Source of the DNA: an uncultured Nitrospinota bacterium
GTDB taxonomy: Bacteria; Nitrospinota; Nitrospinia; Nitrospinales; JAJDAT01
Length of the DNA stretch: 64,000 nucleotides
Reading direction: 5' to 3'
NCBI GenBank assembly: GCA_964570665.1
Contig: CAZMZH010000002.1
Span: 301,642 to 365,641, forward strand
The notes under the pieces are model-generated. The model was not told where the DNA came from. It did not search any database and saw only the letters and a program-made list of their open reading frames with translations. A program made the position numbers and the translations under genes. Position 1 is the first letter of the stretch. Every line of letters begins with the position of its first letter. Below, in pieces: positions 1 through 10,160 of the stretch.

Positions 1-549
1 AAAATGGAACCGATTCCATTCCGATTGGGTATAGTTCCTTTTACTTTGGCATTTGGTATTTCATTGCTTACTTTTTTATTTTTTTATAAAAAGATTTTTG
101 GGATAGTTGTAACTTTGGCGTTGATGCAAATAATTACCTTGACCTTTATTTTTGGAGATGCGCTTCCATTTTACAGCCGGTATCCTATGAATAAATTTAA
201 AGAGATTTCCACGATGCCTTTAAAAAAAGACGCTACGTTGGCGGTTTTTGGTTTGGGAAACGATCGAGCAAAATTGAGCATATTAACTGGAAAACCCGTA
301 TATGGATTTGAGGATCCCCAAAAACTTTTAATTAACTTGAATCTAAAAAAAATAGCGTTAATCGCAATGAAAGAAAACGACTGGAAACAAAAATTTGCGG
401 ATATTAATTTTGTTTTGATTCAAAGGGATGTTAAGTGGAAATGGGAAGGAAGTTTTTGGATAGCTTTGGCTAGTTTATTTGAAAAAGCGATAAAAGATCG
501 GATGGAAGACTTGACGGAAACAGTCGTATTATTAAAATACGAAAAATAA
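1..549 (+). CDS. 3' part of a polytopic membrane protein gene, 5'-truncated by the window edge; tail resembles GT-C (ArnT/PMT-like) glycosyltransferase C-termini
   Basis: Frame is open from base 1, stop at 547-549. The visible part starts with two hydrophobic helices (GIVPFTLAFGISLLTFLFF; IVVTLALMQIITLTFIFG), then a ~120-aa soluble tail. Family assignment is by resemblance only. Confidence 0.4.
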   Translation, partial: KMEPIPFRLGIVPFTLAFGISLLTFLFFYKKIFGIVVTLALMQIITLTFIFGDALPFYSRYPMNKFKEISTMPLKKDATLAVFGLGNDRAKLSILTGKPVYGFEDPQKLLINLNLKKIALIAMKENDWKQKFADINFVLIQRDVKWKWEGSFWIALASLFEKAIKDRMEDLTETVVLLKYEK

Positions 550-1090
550 ATACAAAAGACTAAATGCTGAATGATTGGATTTTAAGCGGGCAGATCTTTA
601 GTGAGATCTTTCTTTTGCGGTTCGTTCAAATTTGTAGCGAACAAAAAACCAAATGTTTCTAAACGCCAAACCAAAGCATCTAAACCTTTAAGCATGTAAA
701 ACCAATATGGAATAACTTGGATTAAAGGTTTTTTGTTTAAACCATTTTTACACAAAATAAATTCTAATAGCTGTTTTTTAGAACGTCTTATTAAAAGCCA
801 ATTGCCTCTAACTTTTAGGATTTGAATTAACTTAAATAAATTAAGAAGTCTATTTATCATAAGAATATTCTTTTAAGTTTTAAGTCTCAATTACAACGAT
901 TTTTAAAATAAAAAATCTTGGTTTTTTTCGCCAATTACAATTGTAGTATTCCTTTTTTTGAAGACTTTTTCCAGTGTTCCTTTTAATCTGAGTTTACATT
1001 TTTTTGAAAATAGAGTTATTTTTCTATCCAAGTATGATTCTAAGGCGATTTTGAATAAGTTTAATAAAATTTTTGCTGAGGAAATAATTT

Positions 1091-2947
1091 GTGAAAACTG
1101 AAGAGTTAGATCTGAACGCTAGAGAATTGATTAAACCTGATTCTTCTCTCGTTGCATGGCACTTCGAATATTTAAGAAAAATGGTTGCGATTGATAGTAG
1201 AAGTTTTGGCGTCAATGAGTTTATAGGCGATAGAAAAACACCTAGCGATATGACAGAGATTTTATCTCTTGCCGAGGAATATTTAAGAAAAATAGGCTTT
1301 GATTTTGTAAAAATAAATAAAAGTTCAAATGGAGATCAACTGCCTAATCCAATTTTAATGGCGGAATTATTTTCAGGAAAAGGAAAGCCAACATTGTTGT
1401 TTTATGCCCATTTGGATAAGCAGCCTTACATGGACGATGAAAAATTTGAAAAATGGGGAGGGGTTTCTCCGACTAAGTTAAGGTGGAACGAAAATAAAAC
1501 AAGAGCTTATGGCCGCGGCGCCGCTGACGACTTGGCAGGGGTGACCGCAATTGGGATGACAGTGGATGCATTACTCAAGGCGGTAGGTTTCGACGCCGAA
1601 GCGTCAAATAGAGAAAAAATAGATAATTTACCCTGCAACATGAAGGTGATTTACGAAACTGAGGAAGAATCGGGCTCTAAAACTTTGGTTGATCAAATTA
1701 AAGAAAACCGAGAATTTTTTGAATCGTCCGATTGTATTTTAATTACAGATGTGATTAATCCGGATCAAGGGATACCAGGTTTAACCACTTGTTTACGCGG
1801 TCTTGTTCAGATGAATATAACTCTGAAGAAGAAAAAAGGTTCCTCAATTAAGATTGACGAGCAAACCGCTTTATATAAATTACTATCTACCCTGATCAAG
1901 GATGACCATTCGCTGGCAATTGAGGAAATCGCCTTAGCAGATTTACCGCTAACCGAAAGAGAACGCGAAGGATTTGCACGAATTCCAACTTCAGTAGATT
2001 TTTTAAAACAAACAGGTGGATTACTTCCAGACACAGTTTTGACTGTAGATTCTGAACGTGAAAGTGTTATTGAAGCTCAACTGAGGAAATCCTACGCAAA
2101 TGTTCGCCCGGGCAACCGAGTTTCTGGAAGCGTTATTTTTGGTTCGGCAGCGGCTAGATTGATAATTAAACTTTCTGATAATTTGGAAGAGGAGCTTCTA
2201 TTATCTTTGCTCCAAAAAAAAATTAATGATTTAAATCGATTTCGTCTTAAAACTTGGATCAAAAGTTTTTGCCAAGGGGAAAATTTAATTGTTGATTTTT
2301 ATATACAATCCTCTACAAAAAATCCCCATTCAGGGGTAAATGGAGGACCATTTCCAGTTGCTGAATTACAATTAGCAAAAATTATAGATAAACTAATAGG
2401 AGACAACGGGTTTTTAGTACTGGGAGGTATAGAAACTCGGGAAAATTACTCGATTCCTATTATTGAAGTTCAATCTCTGTGGGCGGATAATGATGGGAGT
2501 TATAAGTTATTTGATTCAAAAGTAGCAAAATCTATTGTCGAGATTCGTTTGGGGGCTGGGAATGACGAGGCGCTAGCCACAGAAGCGTTGCGTAAATATT
2601 TATTAGCGCAGATTTCTGAAGGATTTGAAATTGATATTGTAATTGATAAAGGAGCTTCACCCTGGATAACTGGAATAGAGCACCCTGCATTTTCGCTAAT
2701 TTTAGAAGCTTTAGAAGCAGGTTATGGGGAAAAACCTTGTTTATATGGTTGTGGAGGAACAATTCCTTTTGTTCCTAAATTGACCGACGCTTTAGGTCCA
2801 ATTCCGCCTTTATGCCTAGGCGCTTATGATCCTAACTCCAAAATGCACGAGCCGGGAGAAAGTATGTCGGTTAAAGATTGGCTTGGATGCGTTCGATCCA
2901 TGATTTATTTTTCATGCAAATCTTTAGAAATATTTCCAAAAAGTTAG
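1091..2947 (+). CDS. M20-family metallopeptidase (dipeptidase/deacylase-like), unusually long (618 aa)
   Basis: GTG start. M20 metal-ligand blocks are visible: FYAHLDKQP, GRGAADDLAGV, YETEEESGS and C-terminal KMHEPGE. Confidence 0.75.
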   Translation: MKTEELDLNARELIKPDSSLVAWHFEYLRKMVAIDSRSFGVNEFIGDRKTPSDMTEILSLAEEYLRKIGFDFVKINKSSNGDQLPNPILMAELFSGKGKPTLLFYAHLDKQPYMDDEKFEKWGGVSPTKLRWNENKTRAYGRGAADDLAGVTAIGMTVDALLKAVGFDAEASNREKIDNLPCNMKVIYETEEESGSKTLVDQIKENREFFESSDCILITDVINPDQGIPGLTTCLRGLVQMNITLKKKKGSSIKIDEQTALYKLLSTLIKDDHSLAIEEIALADLPLTEREREGFARIPTSVDFLKQTGGLLPDTVLTVDSERESVIEAQLRKSYANVRPGNRVSGSVIFGSAAARLIIKLSDNLEEELLLSLLQKKINDLNRFRLKTWIKSFCQGENLIVDFYIQSSTKNPHSGVNGGPFPVAELQLAKIIDKLIGDNGFLVLGGIETRENYSIPIIEVQSLWADNDGSYKLFDSKVAKSIVEIRLGAGNDEALATEALRKYLLAQISEGFEIDIVIDKGASPWITGIEHPAFSLILEALEAGYGEKPCLYGCGGTIPFVPKLTDALGPIPPLCLGAYDPNSKMHEPGESMSVKDWLGCVRSMIYFSCKSLEIFPKS

Positions 2948-3039
2948 AAATGGAAATAGTTAGTTTATTTTCTGTTACTGTCTGTAGTTTGGTATAATCA
3001 TTTTGTAAAAATTGATTATTTTAGGTATTTTTTAAAAAA

Positions 3040-4008
3040 ATGAGTGAAGAAAAAGGTCTATATCGCCCGATTAATTTGGAAAATATTAGTAAGGGCTCAA
3101 ATTTGACATTTGACGTTTATTACGAAACGAAGGCTGATGGAGGGAGTTACGTAAAATTCGCAAGCGCCGATAACCCAAGGCATCAAGAAAAGGTTAAGGA
3201 GTTTCTAGGCAATCCAGATTTTAATATCCAGTTATATATTGAAGAAAAAGATTTATTTAAATATTACGATCAAGCCACCATATCCTTAAAGAAAATGATG
3301 TCCAGCGATGTAGTACCGCTAAAAGAAAAGACTAAAAAAGTTTATTCAGTTTCAAAAGAAATTATGCAGGATTTTTTTGAGTTTTCCGCTACAGATAAAG
3401 TATTAGGTTCGTCGGAAAAAGTGATGGAAATTATGGAAGATTGTATTTCCGATAATAACGTAGGGTTTAAGGCAATTTCTTCGATTACGAACAAAGATTA
3501 TTATACGTATACGCATAGCGTAAATGTCGGACTGTATTGTATGACATTTGGCGTAAAGCTTAAAATGGGCAGGGATGACGTGCGTGAACTGGGTTTAGGA
3601 GGTATGTTGCACGATGTAGGAAAAGCGGAAATACCTCATGAACTGATCAATAAAAATGGAGCGTTAACAGACGAAGAATTTAAAATTATTCAGAATCATT
3701 CGCCTAAAGGGGAGGAATATCTTTCCAATTTAAATTGTTACAGCAATAAAGTTACTTGTATGGCAGGTCAGCATCATGAAAAGTGGACAGGCGGAGGTTA
3801 CCCAAAAAACCTTGTTGGAGATCAGATTGCCGTTAACGCTAGAATTTGTAAAATAATGGATGTCTATGATGCGCTTTCCACTAGACGTTCTTATAAAAAA
3901 GCAATGAATTCTTTTGAAGCCTTAACTCTCATGAAGCAAAAAATGAACGATCATTTTGATCCCAAACTTTTAAATGCATTTATTAGATTGATGGGTCCTG
4001 ATATGTAA
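3040..4008 (+). CDS. HD-GYP domain protein (putative c-di-GMP phosphodiesterase)
   Basis: HD motif in GGMLHDVGKAEIP and GYP motif in HHEKWTGGGYP; N-terminal ~150 aa of unknown function. Confidence 0.85.
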   Translation: MSEEKGLYRPINLENISKGSNLTFDVYYETKADGGSYVKFASADNPRHQEKVKEFLGNPDFNIQLYIEEKDLFKYYDQATISLKKMMSSDVVPLKEKTKKVYSVSKEIMQDFFEFSATDKVLGSSEKVMEIMEDCISDNNVGFKAISSITNKDYYTYTHSVNVGLYCMTFGVKLKMGRDDVRELGLGGMLHDVGKAEIPHELINKNGALTDEEFKIIQNHSPKGEEYLSNLNCYSNKVTCMAGQHHEKWTGGGYPKNLVGDQIAVNARICKIMDVYDALSTRRSYKKAMNSFEALTLMKQKMNDHFDPKLLNAFIRLMGPDM

Positions 4009-4043
4009 TTGGCTCGTTTTTCTCATCGTCCTACCAATTCATC

Positions 4044-4907
4044 TTAATTTTCAAAAGCAGTCGCCGCCAATTCTGCGGTTTCTTTTAATTTTGGGCTCCA
4101 CCCATTTAAAGTCGACTGATCTAATTTCAGAGCCTTGAAAACCCATGGTTCTATGGATGTTTCTGAAGCAAGCCACCCATCATGGTAATCGAGACTATTT
4201 GCTAATCTATTAGACAAACAAACCACAGCAGATAGCTTATTTAAGCCTCCATTTTTTGAATTTAAATTGTGACCTAATTTTAAAGCCTCAATTAGGTTTT
4301 CGGGAAAGCCCCAAATGGAAGCTAAATAAGCAGAAATCTCAGAAATTGGCCAACCTAATATCTTATTTCCTGCTTGAGATAAAGAAATTTTTTCTATTTT
4401 TGCTTTCTTAGCGATTATTGAAAAAATTTTAGGTTGATGGACCAAGAGCGCTATTTTCCCAATATCGTGTATTAAACCTGCGGTAAAACATTCGTCTGGA
4501 GCGTGGCTGCCGGATAGTTCCGCAACTTCTAAAGCTAATGTTGCAGTAATTATCATGTGTCGCCATAGAGACTTAACTGAGAAATTATAGTCGCTAAAAG
4601 CTTCAAGATCGTTTTCTAATATAGGGGTAGTCAGTATGATGTTTTTTATGGGTCCAGGCCCTAAGAGATTGGAGGCCTGTTGCAACGATACAATTTGAGA
4701 GGGCCAACCATAAAATGGAGCGTTTGCTATTTTGAGGATTTGGCAAGCCATTGCCGGGTCATTTTGAATCATTGTTTCAGCTCTAAAATCTTTAAAAGAC
4801 ATAGTGTTTACTTGATCCAATACTTTTACAATTTGGAAGGGAGGAGAATGAAGCATTTCAATTTCCCCAAAAACATCTATATCTATTGGTTTCATTAGTT
4901 TATCCAA
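4044..4907 (-). CDS. HDOD domain protein (degenerate HD signalling domain)
   Basis: Typical HDOD layout with GLIHDIGKIALLV. Its start overlaps the upstream GGDEF gene stop by 8 nt (4900-4907), implying co-transcription. Confidence 0.75.
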   Translation of the reverse strand: MDKLMKPIDIDVFGEIEMLHSPPFQIVKVLDQVNTMSFKDFRAETMIQNDPAMACQILKIANAPFYGWPSQIVSLQQASNLLGPGPIKNIILTTPILENDLEAFSDYNFSVKSLWRHMIITATLALEVAELSGSHAPDECFTAGLIHDIGKIALLVHQPKIFSIIAKKAKIEKISLSQAGNKILGWPISEISAYLASIWGFPENLIEALKLGHNLNSKNGGLNKLSAVVCLSNRLANSLDYHDGWLASETSIEPWVFKALKLDQSTLNGWSPKLKETAELAATAFEN

Positions 4908-5976
4908 GGATCGTTTGATTTCTTCCGTTTTCTTTAGCTTTATATAGAGCTTGATCGGCGACTTTTAGAAGATCGTCTTTGTTTTTCATTTTTTTGAAAT
5001 CTATTTCAGCAACGCCACAACTAATTGTTACGTGCCAAGGTTTTGTGTCGCTTTCAAAGGATAAACTTTCAACTTGATTTCGAATTCTTTCAGCAATTGG
5101 GAATGCTCCTTTAGCATTAGTTTCTGGCAAAACGACCACAAACTCTTCTCCGCCATAACGAGCAATGGTATCGTGGGCTCTACAAATTACGTTTAAGACA
5201 TTTCCAATTTCGATAAGGACTTGGTCGCCTTTTTGGTGACCGTAAGTATCATTGACTGATTTAAAATGGTCTACATCTATGATGACTGCAGACAAGGGGC
5301 TTTTATAACGTAGACTTCTAGAAAATTCTGAAGTAAATACATTTTCAAGATATTGCCTATTCTTAATTCCGGTTAATCCGTCTGTTACGGATAAATCCTC
5401 TACTTTTTCAAAAAGAAGGGCATTGCTAATTGTTAACGATAAAAATTCAGTAATATTGATAACAAAGTCTAATTCGCCTACTGAAAAAAAACCTTTAATA
5501 TTGTCATTTAGATTTAGAATTCCTACGATTTCATTTTCAATCATCAAGGGAGCGCAGACTAAAAAATTATTTTGAAAAAGGCTATTACGCTTTCCTTGGA
5601 AAAATTTTGAATTTTGATAATTCGCTTCGACAATATATTTACCATTGCTAAGAGCATCTTTCATAACGGGGGAATCGTCGACGGCAATTGACATATTTTT
5701 TTGCAAGTCAGGTCGATTATGACAAGCTAAATCTAGCCTATTATTCTTCTTGTCAAATAAGAACAAAGTAAAATATCTAATAGATAAAATGTGAGGTAGT
5801 TTTTCTACTAGAACGCGTTTAATTTCTTCAAGGTCAAGAAGACTAATGCTTTTTTGTAAGTAAAGTAAGTGGTTGGAAAATAATAAGGATTGTCCTAGCA
5901 TTCCATTTTGCTTTTTAAGCAAATCTCGAATTATAGACAATTCTGTATCTTTTTCGTCTGGGCGCTTATTAGCCAT
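4900..5976 (-). CDS. GAF-GGDEF diguanylate cyclase
   Basis: GGDEF blocks DGLTGIKNRQY, DVDHFKSVNDTYGH, active site RYGGEEFVVVLPET and ALYKAKENGRNQ. An RxxD I-site (RAHD) lies 5 residues upstream of GGEEF. N-terminal GAF-like region. Confidence 0.85.
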   Translation of the reverse strand: MANKRPDEKDTELSIIRDLLKKQNGMLGQSLLFSNHLLYLQKSISLLDLEEIKRVLVEKLPHILSIRYFTLFLFDKKNNRLDLACHNRPDLQKNMSIAVDDSPVMKDALSNGKYIVEANYQNSKFFQGKRNSLFQNNFLVCAPLMIENEIVGILNLNDNIKGFFSVGELDFVINITEFLSLTISNALLFEKVEDLSVTDGLTGIKNRQYLENVFTSEFSRSLRYKSPLSAVIIDVDHFKSVNDTYGHQKGDQVLIEIGNVLNVICRAHDTIARYGGEEFVVVLPETNAKGAFPIAERIRNQVESLSFESDTKPWHVTISCGVAEIDFKKMKNKDDLLKVADQALYKAKENGRNQTILG

Positions 5977-6184
5977 TATGAAATATTAGCTTAAATTAAG
6001 AATATTTTTTTAGATTTACATTCAGTTAAGTCAAAAAAATGACGAAAAAGAGATGATCCAGTAAAGTATTTATGGTGATGTATGATTTAGAATAGCTAGA
6101 TTTATAATATATTTTCAATGAAATCGCAATTCGAACTGCTTATTCTACCCTAAAGTATTATAAAGTAAACTGATGAGCGTTTTT

Positions 6185-6200
6185 CGGTATGGTTTTTGCT
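6185..6200 (+). promoter_or_regulatory. Candidate sigma-54 (-24/-12) promoter upstream of the TPR/kinase/regulator operon
   Basis: cGGtAtG-gttt-TTGCT versus consensus TGGCACG-N4-TTGCW. GG and GC have the correct spacing, 38 nt upstream of the 6238 start. The -24 half is imperfect. Confidence 0.3.
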
Positions 6201-6237
6201 AAGTTTATTTCAGTACTAAAAATAACCAATAATTCTT

Positions 6238-8841
6238 ATGCAGTTAGAAAAAACTTTAAAAAATAAAATTATAACTATTCTGCTGCTTTTTCTAAGCGCG
6301 GAATATTTTGTTCCGTTATCTAGTTTCTCGCAAGAAGTCCAATCTCCTGCCAGTGGTTTGAATAGCGCTATTATTGAAGAAGTTTTAATTGGTCCACACC
6401 CAGATTATTCTAGGTTACTCATTAAACTTAATAAGGCCGTTCAGTACACTGTTGACGCAGATTTTCTAAAAAAGCGGATTGTCATAGTAATAAAAAATGC
6501 AAAATTAGGGCCTAAAGCTCGAGCTAGAATATTTAAAGATTTAAATTTGCAAATGGTAGAACTTTTGGAGCCAAGTCTTGGTACTGTTCAAATTGCTTTA
6601 CATTTGCAAAATCAAAATAGCAGGTTTTTTCATTTTCAAAGAACCTTACCTCAACAAATTGTTGTGGATGTTCTTGGAAAAGGTAAACCTTTTATTAAGG
6701 CTAGAATTAAGAATATCAGTCCACAGACGAAAAAATCTGAAACCACGAAGATGGCTTCACAGGCCACTCCCAAGGGTGGTAAGAATGGGGATGGGAAAAA
6801 GATAAGCGATAAAGAAAATAAAACTCGAAACCGTGGTTTGAAAATACCTGGTTTCACTCAAGCAGACATCCAGGAAGCGCTGGTAAAAGATAGAGAAGAT
6901 CGCGTTAGAAATGGGCGAGACGATTTCAAAGAAGCCCTATTACGTTTCCAACAAAAGAGATACCCCGAAGCCATTCGTTTATTTAAACAATTTCGAGAAA
7001 AATACCCTGGTAGTAGGCATCTTGGAGATATCGCGTATTTGACCGCTCAAGCAGAATATGCTCTGACTTTTCGTCAAGAAATCCCAATATTTGAAAAGAC
7101 AATTGAAGCTTTGAATTTTGCTTTACGAGAATACCCAGAATCTAAGTTTTACGATCAGGCTCTGGCTCAATTGGCTTCTGTTTACGATGAAATGGGATTG
7201 TCTTTGGAGGCGAAAGCTCTTTACAAGGAAGGATTGCGGAAAGACCCCAAAGGATTATTCTCCAATTATTTTAATACGCAGTTAGCTCTTTTGCAGTTGA
7301 GGGAAAATCAATATGAAGAAGCCTATTTAGCCTTAAATAACATTTTGAAAAGATCTCCTAGGGATGAAAATGCAAGAGATGGTATTTTCCGGATTGCGAA
7401 ATGGTATTTTGATCAAGAAGAATACGACAAAGCGCTTGAAATTTATGAAGACGGCGAAAAAAGATGGCCAAGATTTCTAAATGAAAAAGCCGAAGTAAAA
7501 TACTATATGGCGGAAATTTATTTTAAAAATGAAGATTTTAATAAAGCGCGGCGACATTATTTTGATTATATTAACCTTTTGCCAGACACCCCTTTATCCT
7601 TTAAAGCTCTAAATCGAATTGGCGATTCTTTTTTTATCGAAGGAAACGATCGCGCTGGACTGGCTATATTTGACGAATCTGCTAAGAGAAAAACAGGAGG
7701 TCGCGAAGCTCAATATGGAAAAATAAGGCTCGCAGATATTGGAATTAGAAATCCAAATCTAAAAATAAATAATATTGTTTTCGATTTAGATCCATATTTT
7801 CATCCCTTTAAAACTTACGATGAGATATTTGAATCTGCCGCCGATCCAAACATTAAATCAGAAGTTCTTCTGAGTCTTGGAATCGCCTATCTCCGTAGCC
7901 AAAGGTATTTAGATGCCGTAGCCCATTTTAAAAGCTTATTAGCGGCCAAACCTCAAAAAAACTATGTTCGAGCTGCTGAAAAGTATTTAAAGCAATCTTT
8001 GATATTTTTAGTAGAAAAGCTTTCTAAACAAAAGGGTTATTTACCTGTTTTATATGCTTATAGCGATTATCTGGGTCTTTCTTTGGGAGATATAAATAAC
8101 GTTAAAACAGTTCTACTTATTGGAGAGGCTTACCAGAAAATTGGTATGGAGCAAGAGGCAATTAAGCATTACGAAAGAGTAAAACGTCTAGATACTCATA
8201 AAACATATAGCGATAGGATTTTTCTAAACCTTGGAAGGATTCATTTAAGCGAGAAACAATTTAAAGAAGCTGAAAGGGTTTCCCGAGCTTTTGTGAATAA
8301 ATTTCCCGAGAGTGATTTAATGCCTCAAACCCTCTTATTAAAGGCAGAGGCTTTGACAGGAAAAAAGGAATTTGATGCGTCGATTGGCGTTTATAGGGAA
8401 ATTCTTGAAAAGGGATTAGGAAATCGTTCGGATATTCATTATCGGATCGCTCAAGTTCAATTGAAAATGGATAAACCAAAGGAAGCCATTGAGTCTTTTA
8501 ACCAGTCAATTCAAACTTTTAATCGAGCTGTCAAACCGCCTCCCGAACATGTTCCTAACGCTTATTATAAGTATGGAATTGCTTTGTATAACAATGAAAA
8601 TTATGAAGAAGCCGTAAAAGCTTTAGATAAAGCCCGTCAACTATACCCGAATCATTCTTTAAATGATTGGGCGGAATTTTTAATAGCGGATTCTTTTTCC
8701 AAATTAAAAGAAGCGGGAAAATCAATTGATCGTATGAAAAAATTTATTCAAGTTGAAAAATACGATCCCCTACTCAAAAGAGCTGCAGAAAATAAACTAA
8801 AAATCATTGATTGGGAAAAAAAGTTCAAAGACTTTGGTTAA
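6238..8841 (+). CDS. Secreted/periplasmic AMIN-like + multi-TPR protein (867 aa)
   Basis: N-terminal signal/anchor (IITILLLFLSAEYFVPLSSFSQE). AMIN-like block (YSRLLIKLNKAVQYTV...RIVIVIKNAKL...QIVVDVLG). Lys-rich linker, then many 34-aa TPR-type repeats (e.g. AIRLFKQFREKYPGS, ALEIYEDGEKRWP). Confidence 0.7.
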   Translation: MQLEKTLKNKIITILLLFLSAEYFVPLSSFSQEVQSPASGLNSAIIEEVLIGPHPDYSRLLIKLNKAVQYTVDADFLKKRIVIVIKNAKLGPKARARIFKDLNLQMVELLEPSLGTVQIALHLQNQNSRFFHFQRTLPQQIVVDVLGKGKPFIKARIKNISPQTKKSETTKMASQATPKGGKNGDGKKISDKENKTRNRGLKIPGFTQADIQEALVKDREDRVRNGRDDFKEALLRFQQKRYPEAIRLFKQFREKYPGSRHLGDIAYLTAQAEYALTFRQEIPIFEKTIEALNFALREYPESKFYDQALAQLASVYDEMGLSLEAKALYKEGLRKDPKGLFSNYFNTQLALLQLRENQYEEAYLALNNILKRSPRDENARDGIFRIAKWYFDQEEYDKALEIYEDGEKRWPRFLNEKAEVKYYMAEIYFKNEDFNKARRHYFDYINLLPDTPLSFKALNRIGDSFFIEGNDRAGLAIFDESAKRKTGGREAQYGKIRLADIGIRNPNLKINNIVFDLDPYFHPFKTYDEIFESAADPNIKSEVLLSLGIAYLRSQRYLDAVAHFKSLLAAKPQKNYVRAAEKYLKQSLIFLVEKLSKQKGYLPVLYAYSDYLGLSLGDINNVKTVLLIGEAYQKIGMEQEAIKHYERVKRLDTHKTYSDRIFLNLGRIHLSEKQFKEAERVSRAFVNKFPESDLMPQTLLLKAEALTGKKEFDASIGVYREILEKGLGNRSDIHYRIAQVQLKMDKPKEAIESFNQSIQTFNRAVKPPPEHVPNAYYKYGIALYNNENYEEAVKALDKARQLYPNHSLNDWAEFLIADSFSKLKEAGKSIDRMKKFIQVEKYDPLLKRAAENKLKIIDWEKKFKDFG

Positions 8842-8894
8842 TTTCCTATAATGTAATTGTTTATAGATTTTCTTATTATAATTCTTTTCTCAAA

Positions 8895-10160
8895 ATGGTT
8901 GAAAACTTGGTAGAAAAAAAGAGAGAACAAGAAATTCAAGTTCTTCATAAAGCTTTCGAGTCATTTAATGAAGCGTCACAGCAGCTGCAAGGTTCTTATG
9001 ATAAGCTTCAAGAAAGAATTAATGAGTTGGACTCGCAACTGGCCGATAAGAATTTAGAACTAGAACGAAACTTAAAAGAAAAAGATAAAGTAAAGAATAA
9101 CCTCAATAATATTTTAGAAAACCTTCACAATGGCGTTGTTGTAATTGATTCGGATGAAAAAATCACCGCTTTCAACCAAGCGGCTGGGGCAATAATGAAT
9201 AAATCTCCAGGAAAATGTTTAGGGAAAAAATTAAAAGATGTGTTTTCTCCCGATTTTATTGAATCGACTTTTGCTCCCCTTATCCAGACTAAAGAAAAAA
9301 ACGAGAGTTTGGACCGGGTGTATTATCCTGAAGATCATGAGAAAATCGATATCCGAGTATCCGCTTCTCCAATGAAAGATCAGAAAAACAAAGAAGTTGG
9401 AACCGTTTTGATAGTCCAAGATGTGACTCATTTAAAAAGGTTAGAGGAGGAAGTTCAGAGAAACCAACGGCTCACAGCAATGGGAGAAATGGCGGCTGGT
9501 ATTGCGCATGAAATTCGAAACCCACTAGGAAGCATTGAACTTTTTGCGTCGCTTTTGCGTAAAGATTTAGAAGAAGATGTGGACAAACAGCTTCTTGCGG
9601 ATCATATTTGCTCTGGCGTCAAAAATATGGATAGAATCATCTCCAGTATTCTATTATTTGCGAAATCTCCGGAACCTTCTTGCCAAAGATGCGATATCAA
9701 TGCCATGTTGGAGGAATTATTAGAGTTTTCTTCTAACATTATTTATCCAGAAAACATTAAAATTGTTCGTAAGCTGGGCAATAAAAAGTTATTTTGTCGA
9801 GGCGACACTGATTTATTGAAACAAGTATTTTTAAACTTTATCCGAAATGCAATTCAAGCAATGCAGGAAGATGGAGAATTAGTGTTAAAGAGTAGAGAAA
9901 TTGGTATAAATAAAAAGGGAAAAAAAGAAGGAGCTTGTATTGCTATTTCAATATCGGATACGGGGGTGGGTATTTCCCCAGAAAATATTAAAAAGATTTT
10001 TAACCCATTTTTTACCACTAAAGCGCGTGGGACAGGGTTAGGTATGGCGATTGCCTATAACATAATTAAAGCTCATCAAGGCACGATAGAAGTCGAAAGC
10101 CATCAAAATGTTGGAACGACATTTACCATAAAGATTCCAGTATGGGATTCAAAAAAATGA
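8895..10160 (+). CDS. PAS sensor histidine kinase (NtrB/FlrB-like)
   Basis: Coiled coil + PAS, H-box AGIAHEIRNPLGSI, and HATPase blocks NFIRNAIQA, DTGVGI, GTGLGMAIA. The ORF track starts at 8811, but the ATG at 8895 (MVENLVEKK) avoids overlap with the TPR gene. The start is uncertain. Confidence 0.85.
   Translation: MVENLVEKKREQEIQVLHKAFESFNEASQQLQGSYDKLQERINELDSQLADKNLELERNLKEKDKVKNNLNNILENLHNGVVVIDSDEKITAFNQAAGAIMNKSPGKCLGKKLKDVFSPDFIESTFAPLIQTKEKNESLDRVYYPEDHEKIDIRVSASPMKDQKNKEVGTVLIVQDVTHLKRLEEEVQRNQRLTAMGEMAAGIAHEIRNPLGSIELFASLLRKDLEEDVDKQLLADHICSGVKNMDRIISSILLFAKSPEPSCQRCDINAMLEELLEFSSNIIYPENIKIVRKLGNKKLFCRGDTDLLKQVFLNFIRNAIQAMQEDGELVLKSREIGINKKGKKEGACIAISISDTGVGISPENIKKIFNPFFTTKARGTGLGMAIAYNIIKAHQGTIEVESHQNVGTTFTIKIPVWDSKK

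Noticed and set aside
582-860. 92-aa minus-strand ORF in the 540-bp gap between the truncated membrane-protein gene and the M20 peptidase gene
   Set aside because: No convincing SD upstream. The K/L/I-rich composition is what random ORFs in AT-rich DNA give, and I recognise no motif. Not called as a gene, though a small protein cannot be excluded.
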